Source: Clostridia bacterium (GTDB lineage Bacteria; Bacillota; Clostridia; Oscillospirales; CAG-272). Taken from it: DNA of 64,000 nucleotides. A program made the position numbers and the translations under genes. This document shows, piece by piece, positions 1 through 9,516 of the stretch. The stretch is from the NCBI GenBank assembly GCA_017503865.1, contig JAFVSI010000050.1, positions 64,224 through 128,223 of the forward strand, written 5' to 3'. Numbering within the stretch: the stretch's first letter is position 1; every line of letters begins with the position of its first letter. A model generated the notes under the pieces. It was not told the DNA's origin. It saw nothing but the letters and a program-made list of their open reading frames with translations, and searched no databases.

Positions 1-777
1 TTAAAGGTTCCTGTCGTGATGATTGAGACCTTCGGTGCGTTTTCCCGTAATCCGCTTTATAACAATCTCCAAATACGTAAAGTTCCGCTCGAAGCGGAGA
101 TGAGATACGTTCTTTCTCCCGACGAGATTAAGGAGAAAAGCGTTGACGAGATAAACGAGATACTTCGCAAGGAATTTTCATTTGACGGATTTAAGTGGCA
201 GCAGGAGAACAAGGTGAAAATTGATGAACCTTTCCGTGCAGATGAGCTTAACAGAGTTCTTTACAAATGTCCGAATTGTAAGGCAGAGGGAAAGACTGTG
301 GGCAAGGGAATTCATCTTACCTGTCATGCTTGCGGTAAACAATATGAGCTTGATGAGTACGGATTTATGAAGGCAGTTGAGGGTGAGACCGAGTTTATGC
401 ACGTTCCCGATTGGTATGCTTGGGAAAGAGAGTGCGTTAGACAGGAAATACTTGACGGCAAATATTCTCTCGATGTTGACGTTGATATTTATATGCTTGT
501 TGATACAAAGAGTCTTTATAAGGTTGGCGAGGGACATCTATCTCACACCGCTGAGGGCTTCAGGCTTACGGGTTGTGACGGACAGCTTGATTACTCTCAA
601 AAGCCCAAAGCATCATACAGCCTTTACTCCGATTACTATTGGTACGAAATAGGCGATATGATATGTATCGGCAACAATGACGTGCTTTATTACTGTTTCC
701 CGAAGACCGATGATGACGTGGTAGCAAAAACACGCCTTGCAACCGAGGAAATGTATAAGATAGTGACTGCAAAGTGA
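1..777 (+). CDS. C-terminal part of a conserved zinc-ribbon protein, 5' end outside the window. Function unknown; possibly the C-terminal domain of an acyltransferase-family protein.
   Basis: Frame 1 is open from nt 1 (LKVPV precedes the GTG at 16), so the ORF is cut by the window edge. Two CxxC pairs (YKCPNCKAEG...LTCHACGKQY). A hairpin terminator follows. Confidence 0.5.
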   Translation, partial: LKVPVVMIETFGAFSRNPLYNNLQIRKVPLEAEMRYVLSPDEIKEKSVDEINEILRKEFSFDGFKWQQENKVKIDEPFRADELNRVLYKCPNCKAEGKTVGKGIHLTCHACGKQYELDEYGFMKAVEGETEFMHVPDWYAWERECVRQEILDGKYSLDVDVDIYMLVDTKSLYKVGEGHLSHTAEGFRLTGCDGQLDYSQKPKASYSLYSDYYWYEIGDMICIGNNDVLYYCFPKTDDDVVAKTRLATEEMYKIVTAK

Positions 778-778
778 C

Positions 779-816
779 AAAAAAACACGGAAAGAATTAC
801 TTTCCGTGTTTTTTTG
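779..816. terminator. Bidirectional intrinsic terminator between convergent genes
   Basis: Stem ACACGGAAAG/CTTTCCGTGT (785-794/800-809) with loop AATTA, an A-run upstream and a T-run downstream. Confidence 0.75.
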
Positions 817-824
817 TTTTATAT

Positions 825-1595
825 TTACATTTTAGAAGCGACAACGTCTGTCATCGAGTAAAGTCCTGCACTCTTGCCAACCATAAAGGAAGCTGCTTTT
901 ATTGCACCGTTGGCAAAAATTTCACGTGAGGTTGCCGAGTGAGATAGAGTAATTATCTCGTTATTTCCTGCGAAAATAACGTCATGCTCGCCAACGATAG
1001 TTCCGCCACGCACTGCGTGAATTCCTATTTCGGTAGTTTCTCTCTTGCGTCGTATCTCGTGTCTGTCGTAAACAAAGTCTGCATTTCCGCCTCGCTCGTC
1101 TTTGAGCTCCTCTGCAATCATCATAGCCGTTCCGCTCGGAGCATCAAGCTTGTTATGGTGGTGCTTTTCGATTATCTCAATATCAAAATCCTCACCAAGA
1201 GTAGCAGCTGCCCGTCTGCAAAGGTCAATAAGAAGATTTATACCTATTGACATATTTCTCGAGAAGAATATGCCCACCTTGCTTGACGCGTCAAGCATCA
1301 GTTGTCTTTCCTCGTCGGTGTGTCCCGTAGTTGCAACAACTATTGGTGTGTTATTTGATACGGCGTAGCTTAAAAGCGAGGGGAGAGCACTGTGATGTGA
1401 GAAGTCTATTATAACGTCAGCCGCACCCTCAAAATCATTTATTGAGGAATAAACGGGGAAGGAACAGACTGAGCCAAGCTCCGAGGCGTTTATATCAATA
1501 CCCGCAACTATCTTGCAATCTGCAGTTTCCGATACCATATCAGTAATTGCACGTCCCATTCTGCCGCCACAGCCGCAGAGAATTATCTTTTTCAT
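825..1595 (-). CDS. dapB: 4-hydroxy-tetrahydrodipicolinate reductase
   Basis: 256 aa. N-terminal GCGGRMG Rossmann motif and the EKHHxxKLDAPSGTA DapB signature. Lies directly downstream of dapA. Confidence 0.93.
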   Translation of the reverse strand: MKKIILCGCGGRMGRAITDMVSETADCKIVAGIDINASELGSVCSFPVYSSINDFEGAADVIIDFSHHSALPSLLSYAVSNNTPIVVATTGHTDEERQLMLDASSKVGIFFSRNMSIGINLLIDLCRRAAATLGEDFDIEIIEKHHHNKLDAPSGTAMMIAEELKDERGGNADFVYDRHEIRRKRETTEIGIHAVRGGTIVGEHDVIFAGNNEIITLSHSATSREIFANGAIKAASFMVGKSAGLYSMTDVVASKM

Positions 1596-1620
1596 TTTTA
1601 TTTTTCCTTTGTGATTTTAC

Positions 1621-2514
1621 TTAGATTATAGAAAGCTCCTTCATAGCCTTTAAGAGCTTTTCATGGTTTGCGTCTTCCATTTCGCAAAGGGGAAGTCTCA
1701 TTTCTATGTCGCAGTATCCGAGATCCGCCATAGCGGTCTTAACGGGAACGGGGTTTACCTCGCAGAAGAGCGAGTTTATGAACTTGAGATATTTGAGCTG
1801 CATAGCAGCACCCTCGGCAAAATTGCCGTCAGCACAAAGCTTGCAGATCTCGTGAGTCTCACGGGGGAGAATATTTGAGAGAACCGAGATAACGCCCTTG
1901 CCGCCAAGAGACATTATGGGAACTATCTGGTCGTCATTACCCGAATATATATCAAAATAATCTCCGCACTCAGCTACAAGCTCGGCTATTGCACTGATAT
2001 TGCCCGAAGCTTCCTTAACCGCAACGATTCTTTCGTGCTTTGCAAGCTCCTTGTAAACGGGAAGAGTAATATTGCAGCCCGTTCTCGAGGGTACGTTGTA
2101 AAGAATTATAGGCTTGTTGGTTTTGTCAGCAGTCTCAAGGAAGTTTTTGATAAGTCCCTTGGGGGTTGCCTTGTTGTAGTAAGGAGTAACGAGCAAGAGT
2201 GCGTCAGCTCCCGCATCGCACGCGTATTGAGAAAGCTCTATTCCGTATGCGGTATCGTTTGAGCCTGTTCCCGCAATAACGGGAACTCTGCCTGCTACCT
2301 GCTTTACAACAAAGTCGATGCACTCGCAGTGCTCCTCGTGAGTAAGTGTTGCCGCTTCACCCGTTGTACCTGCAACAACGATTCCGTCAATACCGCCTTT
2401 TATCTGATCCTCGATTATCTTTTCAAAAGAAACGTAATCGATCTTTCCGTTTTTGAAGGGTGTGATTATCGCAGTAGCCGCTCCCGTGAAAATTGATTTT
2501 TTGAATTTGCTCAT
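1621..2514 (-). CDS. dapA: 4-hydroxy-tetrahydrodipicolinate synthase
   Basis: 297 aa. Motifs ITPF..GKIDY, VVAGTTGEAATLTHEEH and YNVPSRTG are typical of DapA. Confidence 0.95.
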   Translation of the reverse strand: MSKFKKSIFTGAATAIITPFKNGKIDYVSFEKIIEDQIKGGIDGIVVAGTTGEAATLTHEEHCECIDFVVKQVAGRVPVIAGTGSNDTAYGIELSQYACDAGADALLLVTPYYNKATPKGLIKNFLETADKTNKPIILYNVPSRTGCNITLPVYKELAKHERIVAVKEASGNISAIAELVAECGDYFDIYSGNDDQIVPIMSLGGKGVISVLSNILPRETHEICKLCADGNFAEGAAMQLKYLKFINSLFCEVNPVPVKTAMADLGYCDIEMRLPLCEMEDANHEKLLKAMKELSII

Positions 2515-2554
2515 AAGTACTTGTTCCTTTCACATAAATAAAATTGCCATATAA

Positions 2555-2582
2555 AAGAAAAAACCGGTTGAAAACCAGCTGC
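2555..2582 (-). terminator. Candidate expression-platform terminator of the lysine riboswitch
   Basis: Minus strand reads AGCUGGUU-UUC-AACCGGUU followed by UUUUCUUUU. The stem is short and contains G-U pairs, so this is weak. Confidence 0.4.
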
Positions 2583-2629
2583 GATTGTGATATAATATAG
2601 CCACGAGGCGTGACTAATTAAAAACAATA

Positions 2630-2797
2630 ACAGATAGCTCTCCATCATTTTTGATGACAGCCCGACAGCTATGAACCGTCGGACCAGCAATATCACTGCC
2701 GCCGTGATAAAACTTCGGCACCTTACACTCGAAAACAAAGCTCAAACGGCTACGGCTTCCTCGCTTTGCTTCGGTTGAAAAATGCACCTCTATCCTT
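2630..2797 (-). promoter_or_regulatory. Lysine riboswitch (L-box) in the dapA-dapB leader
   Basis: The minus strand reads GATAGAGGTGCATTTTTCAACCGAAGC...GTAAGGTGCCGAAG...ATTGCTGGTCCGACGG...GGGCTGTCATCAAAAATGATGGAGAGCTATC. This matches the conserved blocks of the B. subtilis lysC L-box: GATAGAGGTGCGAACTTCAAG, GTCGCCGAAG, TTTGCTGGCCG and AAGGCTGTCAAG. Confidence 0.85.
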
Positions 2798-2818
2798 TAT
2801 TATATGTCCTTACGGAAT

Positions 2819-2847
2819 ATAATAACATATATTTTATTCACTGTCAA
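2819..2847 (-). promoter_or_regulatory. Sigma-A type promoter for the L-box/dapAB transcript
   Basis: Minus strand TTGACA (2847-2842), 17-nt spacer, TATTAT (2824-2819), about 20 nt upstream of the riboswitch. Confidence 0.5.
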
Positions 2848-2891
2848 TACAAAAAATAATATTTTTATACATATTTACAGAGGAAAAATTC

Positions 2892-3965
2892 GTGACGATA
2901 ATCAATGAAAAACCAAAAACAGATTTAAAGACGAGCGACTTTTTTTACGAGCTTCCCGAGGAACTTATTGCTCAGCATCCGTCTGAGATAAGAGATGCTT
3001 CGCGTCTTCTCGTTCTCAACCGCGAAAGTGGAGAGATCGAACATAAAATATTTTCGGATATAATCGATTACTTGAATCCGGGTGACACGCTCGTTATAAA
3101 CGATTCAAAGGTCATTCCCGCAAGACTTTTCGGAAATAAGCTCGGGAACAAAGACGCTGTCGTTGAGCTTTTGCTTCTTCGTCAGCGGGAGCTTGACACT
3201 TGGGAAACCCTCGTAAAGCCGGGTAAGCGTGCCCGAGTAGGCTCTGTTATCGAGTTTGGCGACGGTATGCTTCGAGGAGAGGTCATAGAAATTCTCGAAG
3301 AGGGAAATCGTATAATCAAATTCGATTATGACCGCGAAAAATACAACAATATTTACGATATTCTTCATCAAATAGGAATTATGCCCTTGCCGCCGTACAT
3401 TAAGGAAAAATGCAAGGATAATTCAAGGTATCAAACGGTTTACGCAAGAGAAGAGGGTTCTGCAGCAGCTCCAACGGCTGGACTTCATTTTACTTCCGAG
3501 CTTCTTGACCGCATAAGAGAAAAGGGTGTTGCGATAGTTCCCGTTATGCTTCACGTTGGACTTGGTACCTTCAGACCTGTAAAGGTTGACAAAATAGAGG
3601 ACCACGTGATGCACACCGAGTTTATCAGCATAAGCGAGGAAAGTGCTCGAATAATCAACGAAAGAAAAAAAGCAGGCGGCCGCCTCATTTGCGTAGGTAC
3701 TACCTCTTGCAGAACTATCGAGAGTGCGGCTCTTGATGACGGAACGGTTCAGGCAATATCGGGGGACACGGGAATATTTATCTTTCCTGGATACAAGTTT
3801 AAGGCAGTCGATGCTTTGATAACAAACTTCCACCTTCCCGAAAGCACTTTGCTTATGCTTATCTCGGCGTTATATAACAGGGAAGGCATTATGAAGGCAT
3901 ACAAGGTTGCGGTTGATGAGAAATACAGATTTTTCTCATTTGGCGATGCAATGTTCATACAATAA
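2892..3965 (+). CDS. queA: S-adenosylmethionine:tRNA ribosyltransferase-isomerase
   Basis: 357 aa with a GTG start after AGAGGAAAA. Motifs [23 protein letters not shown] and [13 protein letters not shown] are typical of QueA. Confidence 0.93.
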   Translation: MTIINEKPKTDLKTSDFFYELPEELIAQHPSEIRDASRLLVLNRESGEIEHKIFSDIIDYLNPGDTLVINDSKVIPARLFGNKLGNKDAVVELLLLRQRELDTWETLVKPGKRARVGSVIEFGDGMLRGEVIEILEEGNRIIKFDYDREKYNNIYDILHQIGIMPLPPYIKEKCKDNSRYQTVYAREEGSAAAPTAGLHFTSELLDRIREKGVAIVPVMLHVGLGTFRPVKVDKIEDHVMHTEFISISEESARIINERKKAGGRLICVGTTSCRTIESAALDDGTVQAISGDTGIFIFPGYKFKAVDALITNFHLPESTLLMLISALYNREGIMKAYKVAVDEKYRFFSFGDAMFIQ

Positions 3966-3985
3966 ATCAAATCAAGGAGACAAAA

Positions 3986-4762
3986 ATGCAGAACATTTTA
4001 TCAAAAGAAGGCTTTATATGTGATATGGACGGTGTCATATATCACGGAAATAATTTACTTGACGGCGTTGAGGATTTTATGAATTGGCTCATAAAAGAGA
4101 ACAAGAAGTTCGTTTTTCTCACCAATAGCCCTGAGAGAACTCCTCACGAGCTTAGTATGAAGCTTGAAAGAATGGGACTTTCGGTTTCTGCTGACCACTT
4201 TTATACGAGTGCTATGGCGACGGCAGAGTTTATTGCGACGCAGGCACCGGGCTGTACCGCTTACGTTATCGGAGAGGCGGCACTTTCAAAGGCTCTTTAC
4301 GACCACGGAATATATATGAATGACGTAAATCCCGATTACGTAGTTGTCGGTGAGACGAGAACATACTCTTTTGAGAAAATAGAAAAAGCTATTGCACTCG
4401 TAAATAAGGGTGCCAAGCTTATTGGAACCAACCCCGATACAACGGGACCTACTGAGAGAGGAATAATGCCTGCAACGGGTGCTCTCGTTGCTCCTATCGA
4501 GATAGCAACGGGCAAGAAGGCGTATTTCGTAGGAAAGCCTAACCCTCTTATGCTTCGTCACGGACTTCGCAAGCTTGGCTGTCACAGTGCGGATATAGCT
4601 TTTGTCGGGGACAGAATGGATACCGACATAATTGCGGGAATTGAATCAAACGTTGACACTGTTCTCGTGCTTTCGGGCGTTACCGCAAGGGAAGACATAG
4701 AAAAATTCCCCTACCGTCCAAGATACGTGCTTAACGGAATTGGAGACATAGTGAAAAATTAA
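3986..4762 (+). CDS. HAD-IIA family sugar phosphatase (NagD-like)
   Basis: 258 aa. DMDGV HAD motif I, LTNS motif II, GKP and GDRMDTDI motifs. RBS AAGGAGA. Confidence 0.8.
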   Translation: MQNILSKEGFICDMDGVIYHGNNLLDGVEDFMNWLIKENKKFVFLTNSPERTPHELSMKLERMGLSVSADHFYTSAMATAEFIATQAPGCTAYVIGEAALSKALYDHGIYMNDVNPDYVVVGETRTYSFEKIEKAIALVNKGAKLIGTNPDTTGPTERGIMPATGALVAPIEIATGKKAYFVGKPNPLMLRHGLRKLGCHSADIAFVGDRMDTDIIAGIESNVDTVLVLSGVTAREDIEKFPYRPRYVLNGIGDIVKN

Positions 4763-4778
4763 ACATATCAATAAAAAA

Positions 4779-4807
4779 AGAGTCATCGGCGGATGACTCT
4801 TTTTTTG
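4779..4807 (+). terminator. Intrinsic terminator after the NagD-like gene
   Basis: Stem AGAGTCATC/GATGACTCT with loop GGCG, followed by TTTTTTT. Confidence 0.8.
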
Positions 4808-4852
4808 TTTTTTGGACATAATCAATATAAAGAATTTTTTGGGGGATTATTT

Positions 4853-6004
4853 ATGATAAGAGTTGCAGAGATTCTAAGTGACACGAATATAGGCGGAGCG
4901 GGGAGATTGTTGCTTAACCGCTTTGCACTTTCGGATAAAGAGCAATTTGAGGAGCGAATAGTTTTGCCGTCGGGAAGCGAGCTTTTCGGGGAATTCAAAA
5001 AGCTTGGATATACACCGCACACAATTGATTTTTGCAAAGACAAGTCTTGTGATATTTCGGGGATATTTCCGCTTTACAGATATTTTCTTAAGACCTCGCC
5101 CGATATAGTAAACTGTCACGGGTGTCTTAGTGCACGAATCGCGGCAAAGCTTGCTAACGTACCCATTAGAATTTACACCCGTCACTGTGCCTATGACCCA
5201 AGTGATTTTATGAAGAAAAAAAGCATTAAGAGGATAAATAGAATTTGGACAAAAGTCCTCTCGCATAAAATAATTGCTGTTGCAGAAGCCGCCAAAGACA
5301 ATCTTACCGACGTTGGAATAGACGAAGGTATGATAGAGATTATAGTAAACGGTGTGGAGCCCGTTAAAGCATACAGTATAGCGGAAAAAAGGGAAACGAG
5401 AAAAGAGCTTGGTATTCCCGAGGACGCCTTCGTTTGCGGAATATGTGCCCGACTTGAAGATTGCAAGGGAATAGACGTATTGCTCCGTGCAGCAAGAAAG
5501 CTTTTACGGAGCAATAATGATTACTATTTTTTAATTGTCGGCAAGGGAAGTCAGTTCTTTGAATTAAAGGAGCTTAGCTATGCTCTCGGTATCTCGGACA
5601 GAGTGAAATTTTCGGGCTTTGCAAAAGACGTAACGCCTTACCTTAATTGCTTTGATCTTAATCTAAACTGCTCACGCGGAACTGAAACGTCATCACTTTC
5701 AATTTCCGAGGGAATGAGTCTCGGTCTTCCGTGTATAGCGAGCAGCTGGGGCGGCAATCCCCATATGGTGCAAGACGGATATAACGGATATATTTTTCCT
5801 GTAGACGATTTCATTTATCTTGCAGAGCTTATTGAGAAAATATATAATAACAAAGAGCTTTATAATCAAATGAGCGAGAACGCATACAAGCGTTATTGTG
5901 AGGAATTTACCGCAAAAAGAATGACTCGCCTTACAGAAAAGCTATATATGAATCTGTATTTAAACCATCAAGACAAAAGAAGAGAGGAAGCTATTGCAAA
6001 GTAG
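4853..6004 (+). CDS. Glycosyltransferase, GT4 (GT-B fold) family
   Basis: Start moved to MIRVAEIL (RBS GGGGGA 6 nt upstream). The C-terminal E(x7)E-type region TETSSLSISEGMSLGLPCIAS is typical of GT4 enzymes. Confidence 0.8.
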   Translation: MIRVAEILSDTNIGGAGRLLLNRFALSDKEQFEERIVLPSGSELFGEFKKLGYTPHTIDFCKDKSCDISGIFPLYRYFLKTSPDIVNCHGCLSARIAAKLANVPIRIYTRHCAYDPSDFMKKKSIKRINRIWTKVLSHKIIAVAEAAKDNLTDVGIDEGMIEIIVNGVEPVKAYSIAEKRETRKELGIPEDAFVCGICARLEDCKGIDVLLRAARKLLRSNNDYYFLIVGKGSQFFELKELSYALGISDRVKFSGFAKDVTPYLNCFDLNLNCSRGTETSSLSISEGMSLGLPCIASSWGGNPHMVQDGYNGYIFPVDDFIYLAELIEKIYNNKELYNQMSENAYKRYCEEFTAKRMTRLTEKLYMNLYLNHQDKRREEAIAK

Positions 6005-7305
6005 AGAATCAGAGTTACGGCATCAATTATCGTTGTAATAAAGGGACTTGCCATAACGGCAGGGTCAAAGCCGAGTCGCTTGGCGAGAATCGGCAGAGAA
6101 CAACCAACAAGCTTTGCAACGATAATTGCGGCAAGGAGAGTAAGCGCAACAACAAAGGAAACGGCAACACTTGCCCTATCGATTAAAATTACCTTAATAA
6201 ATGTAGCGATAGCAAGCACAGCACCGCAAAGGATAGACACTCTCAGCTCTTTAAAAAGCACCTTGAAAATGTTTCCCATTTTAATCTCGTCAAGTGAAAT
6301 ACCTCTTATGATAGTAACAGACGATTGCGAGCCCGCGTTACCGCCCGTACCCATAAGCATAGGTATAAATGACGTCAATATAACCATACTTGCAAGTGCT
6401 GCCTCATAATGAGAAATAATAGCACTCGTAACGGTTGAAGATATCATAAGCAACAAAAGCCAGGGAATTCTGTTCTTGAAAATTTCAAACACACCTGTTT
6501 TAAGATAAGGCTTATCCGAAGGAGCCATAGCTGCCATTCGTTCGATATCCTCAGTAGCCTCTTCCTCAATGACGTCAAGTGCATCGTCAACCGTAACGAT
6601 ACCGACAAGGCGTTCCTCGCTGTCAACGATAGGAAGTGCCAAAAGGTCATATTTTGAGATCTTCATAGCAACGCTTTCTCGGTCATCGGTAGTGAGAGCA
6701 CTTATGACGGCCTCGTTCATAATGTCGCTTATGATCTCATAGTCCTGTGCGAAAAGAAGGTCTCGGAGTCCGACGGTTCCTTTGAGAACCCTTGTAGCGT
6801 CGGTGACGTAAATGACGTAGACGGTTTCCTTTTTGGCACCCGTTTTGCGTATATATTCAACTGCCTCGCTTACCGTCATATTGGAGCGGATTCGCACAAA
6901 TTCAGAGGTCATCACGCTTCCCGCACTGTCCTCTTCGTATTTAAGAAATCGGTTGATTTCCGCACGCTTTTGCTTATCGGCGTTTTTAAGAATTTTATTT
7001 ACGATGCTTGCAGGAAGCTCATCGAGCATATTCATAACGTCATCGATATAAAGCTCGTTAAGAATAGCAGAGAGCTCACGGTCGCTGAAGCTTATTATTA
7101 TCATTTCCTGTACGTCGCTTTCAAGCTCCGCAAAGATTTCTGCCGCCTTGTCCTTTTTTAAAAGCCTTAATACCTTGGGAAGATTTTCGGGGGCAACCGT
7201 CGATAGATATTCTGCTGAGTCGATGGTATTCATTTCATTGATGTTTCTTATAAAATCCTGATATTTGTTCTCACTCAAAAGAGTGTTTAATTCTTCAAAC
7301 ATCAT
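5968..7305 (-). CDS. mgtE: Magnesium transporter MgtE
   Basis: 445 aa. N-domain, tandem CBS region and a C-terminal 5-TM domain with the GNAGSQ motif. Confidence 0.93.
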   Translation of the reverse strand: MMFEELNTLLSENKYQDFIRNINEMNTIDSAEYLSTVAPENLPKVLRLLKKDKAAEIFAELESDVQEMIIISFSDRELSAILNELYIDDVMNMLDELPASIVNKILKNADKQKRAEINRFLKYEEDSAGSVMTSEFVRIRSNMTVSEAVEYIRKTGAKKETVYVIYVTDATRVLKGTVGLRDLLFAQDYEIISDIMNEAVISALTTDDRESVAMKISKYDLLALPIVDSEERLVGIVTVDDALDVIEEEATEDIERMAAMAPSDKPYLKTGVFEIFKNRIPWLLLLMISSTVTSAIISHYEAALASMVILTSFIPMLMGTGGNAGSQSSVTIIRGISLDEIKMGNIFKVLFKELRVSILCGAVLAIATFIKVILIDRASVAVSFVVALTLLAAIIVAKLVGCSLPILAKRLGFDPAVMASPFITTIIDAVTLILYFAIASSLLLS

Positions 7306-7336
7306 AGCTTTACCCCCTTGATTATTTTACTGCTCT

Positions 7337-7365
7337 ATTATATCATTTTTGCCTATACGTGTCAA
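7337..7365 (-). promoter_or_regulatory. Consensus sigma-A promoter for mgtE
   Basis: Minus strand TTGACA (7365-7360), 17 nt, TATAAT (7342-7337). The leader is only about 30 nt. Confidence 0.6.
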
Positions 7366-7376
7366 TTATTTTTTTA

Positions 7377-8339
7377 TTACATTATATGCGTAAGATCAAG
7401 GCTGTCGACGATAGCCTTGATTTTTCTTGCAGACGTCTTGAGTAGCTCAAGCTCGGTGTCGTTAAGAGGTATCTCAAGAATTTCCTTAACGCCGCTTCGT
7501 CCAACGATTGACGGCAAGCCGAGACAGATGTTTTCAAGTCCGTAATGTCCGTCAACGAGTGAGGATACAGGGAGCACCGTGTTTTCGTCCTTAACTATTG
7601 AGGATACTATCTTTTTGACGGATTCGGCAATTGCGTAATAGGTAGCCCCCTTAGCTTCAATAATTCTATATGCACTCTTTTTTACGTCAACGGCAAGTGA
7701 GTCGAGCTTCTCAAGTGAGCATTTTTTGTGGCAAGACATACAGTATCTATCAAGGTCAACTCCCGAAATATTCGCACTCGACCATACGGGAAGCTCACTG
7801 TCTCCGTGCTCACCGATTATAAAGGTGTGAACGTTTCTCGGATCTACCTCAAGGTGACGTCCCACAAGATATTTGAGTCTTGCACTGTCAAGCACGGTCC
7901 CCGAACCTATTACTCTGTTTTTTGGAAATCCCGACGCTACGAGCGTAACGTAAGTGAGTATGTCAACGGGATTAGTAACGACCAAAATTATTCCTTCGCT
8001 GTTGTAAGCACAAATGCTTGAAACTATTGAGCGGAATATTTTTGTGTTTTTGTTGAGAAGATCAAGCCTTGATTCTCCTGCCTTTTGATTTGCCCCTGCC
8101 GTTATTATTATGATTGCGGCGTCAGATAGGTCGGAGTAGTCTCCCGCATATATTTCCATAGGGGAGATGAAGGGAAGACCGTGATTCATGTCTGCCGCCT
8201 CGCCTTCGGCCTTCTTTTTGTCAATGTCGATAAGAACTATCTCGGAGAACATTTCGCTGTTCATAAGCGTATAAGCTGTGGTTGCTCCGACAAAACCGCA
8301 CCCTATAATTGCACATTTTTGTATATTGACCATATTCAA
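7377..8339 (-). CDS. ldh: L-lactate dehydrogenase
   Basis: 320 aa. IIGCGFVGATTAY NAD-binding site, VVTNPVD, and the IGEHGDSELPVWS active-site region. Confidence 0.93.
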   Translation of the reverse strand: MNMVNIQKCAIIGCGFVGATTAYTLMNSEMFSEIVLIDIDKKKAEGEAADMNHGLPFISPMEIYAGDYSDLSDAAIIIITAGANQKAGESRLDLLNKNTKIFRSIVSSICAYNSEGIILVVTNPVDILTYVTLVASGFPKNRVIGSGTVLDSARLKYLVGRHLEVDPRNVHTFIIGEHGDSELPVWSSANISGVDLDRYCMSCHKKCSLEKLDSLAVDVKKSAYRIIEAKGATYYAIAESVKKIVSSIVKDENTVLPVSSLVDGHYGLENICLGLPSIVGRSGVKEILEIPLNDTELELLKTSARKIKAIVDSLDLTHIM

Positions 8340-8393
8340 GATCCTTTCCTTATTTTATATGATTTATTTTGTGCAATAGGGAGTGATTTATTT

Positions 8394-8428
8394 GCAAAAA
8401 AGAAAAGAGACTTGAAAATACAAGTCTC
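8394..8428 (-). terminator. Intrinsic terminator after the 149-aa hypothetical gene
   Basis: Minus-strand stem GAGACTTG/CAAGTCTC followed by TTTTCTTTTTT. The stem overlaps the stop codon. Confidence 0.7.
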
Positions 8429-8876
8429 AAAAATTGTTTTTGTAATTTGTTATTGCCGCGAGAAGCTCACGCGTTTGTTGCATTACCGTACTTTGCTTGA
8501 CGGGTAAATCCTTGTCTAAAAGCACCGATTCACAATTTGAAATAAACCTTCTTGCAGCCGAAAATAAAAGGGAACATCTGTCAAATTCAGATGAAAGCCT
8601 TTTAGTAAGCTCAAAATTCTGTGCTTTGTCTGCCTTGCAAATAAGCAGAGATAGCTCGCTTACATTTGTTTCGTATTCTTCGATATTTTTCTTGACCTTT
8701 AAGCTGAATTCGCTATATGAATGAAGAAGTATTTTTCGTTGTTCATCGGACAAAGAAAAGCTGAGAAGCTCCTCTGCACCAAAGCTGTCAAGAAAGCGTT
8801 TTGTGTCAATTTCAAAAAGCTTTGTCGTATTCAAAAGCTTAGAAATGATTTTGTCGGCTTGATTAGTCATATTCAA
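8427..8876 (-). CDS. Hypothetical protein, predicted all-helical, no recognisable motif
   Basis: 149-aa ORF flanked by its own terminator and the upstream KH-gene terminator. No family recognised. Confidence 0.55.
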   Translation of the reverse strand: MNMTNQADKIISKLLNTTKLFEIDTKRFLDSFGAEELLSFSLSDEQRKILLHSYSEFSLKVKKNIEEYETNVSELSLLICKADKAQNFELTKRLSSEFDRCSLLFSAARRFISNCESVLLDKDLPVKQSTVMQQTRELLAAITNYKNNF

Positions 8877-8886
8877 AATTCCTTTC

Positions 8887-8924
8887 TAAAAAAGAAAACC
8901 GAAGGAAAAATCCTATCGGTTTTC
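8887..8924 (-). terminator. Intrinsic terminator ending the ylxM-ffh-rpsP-KH transcription unit
   Basis: Minus-strand stem GAAAACCGA/TCGGTTTTC followed by TTTTTT. Confidence 0.7.
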
Positions 8925-8962
8925 TTTTACGTTAGGTTAGCATTAGCTCAAAAACCGTAAGG

Positions 8963-9208
8963 TTATCTGATCTCAACGTTTACGCGTCTGTTATCAGTGC
9001 TTGCCGCTGCTTTCATAACGGTACGGATCGCCTTAGCGATCTTGCCGTTCTTTCCTATTACCATTCCCATATCGTCGGGAGCTACGCTTAAAATAAGGTT
9101 TACTTCCTTTTTGTCAACAGTTTCAAGAACGGTAACTTCATCCGGATTGTCCACAATGGCGCGAGCTATCCCTATTAAAGTTTCCTTGAGATCTGTCATG
9201 ATTTTCAC
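8963..9208 (-). CDS. KH-domain RNA-binding protein (YlqC/UPF0109 family)
   Basis: 81 aa. The GKNGKIAKAIRTV GxxG KH loop, in the conserved position after rpsP. Confidence 0.85.
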   Translation of the reverse strand: MKIMTDLKETLIGIARAIVDNPDEVTVLETVDKKEVNLILSVAPDDMGMVIGKNGKIAKAIRTVMKAAASTDNRRVNVEIR

Positions 9209-9217
9209 CTATTAAAA

Positions 9218-9463
9218 TCAGTCGATGATGCCTGACTTCTTAAGGAGAGCTCTTACAGTATCAGTAGGAACAGCACCGTTAGAAATCCACTTCTTAGCCT
9301 TATCAGCGTCGATAGAAACGGTAGCGGGCTCTGTACCTGGGTTATAAGAACCGATCTCCTCGATGAAACGACCGTCTCTGGGTGAGCGGCTGTCTGCTAC
9401 AACAACACGGTATGTGGGAGCTTTCTTCTTACCCATTCTTCTGAGTCTCATTTTTACTGCCAT
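9218..9463 (-). CDS. rpsP: 30S ribosomal protein S16
   Basis: 81 aa. [35 protein letters not shown] is a canonical bS16 N-terminus. Confidence 0.95.
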   Translation of the reverse strand: MAVKMRLRRMGKKKAPTYRVVVADSRSPRDGRFIEEIGSYNPGTEPATVSIDADKAKKWISNGAVPTDTVRALLKKSGIID

Positions 9464-9516
9464 TTTTTATTTCCTCCATATTAAAAAATTTATATTTATA
9501 AAAATCCGCAAATATC

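Noticed and set aside
4793-4852. N-terminally extended ORF versions from the track: 4793, 20121, 23673, 26451, 51810, 53455, 17779, 38402, 41708, 15024 and 38572
   Set aside because: In each case an internal start has a proper Shine-Dalgarno site, matches the canonical N-terminus of the family (for example [11 protein letters not shown] for Pgk and MTIKPLADRVV for GroES), and removes an overlap with the upstream gene or promoter.
5968-6004. A 37-nt convergent overlap of the 3' ends of the glycosyltransferase gene and mgtE
   Set aside because: Both reading frames are well supported to their stops and no hairpin is present. Convergent 3' overlaps occur in compact genomes, and nothing suggests a functional element. 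It is noted only as a place where transcriptional interference is possible.
7306-7376. An M-box (Mg) riboswitch upstream of mgtE
   Set aside because: The distance from the consensus promoter to the mgtE start is only about 30 nt, far too short for the roughly 160-nt M-box, and no M-box-like sequence is present.
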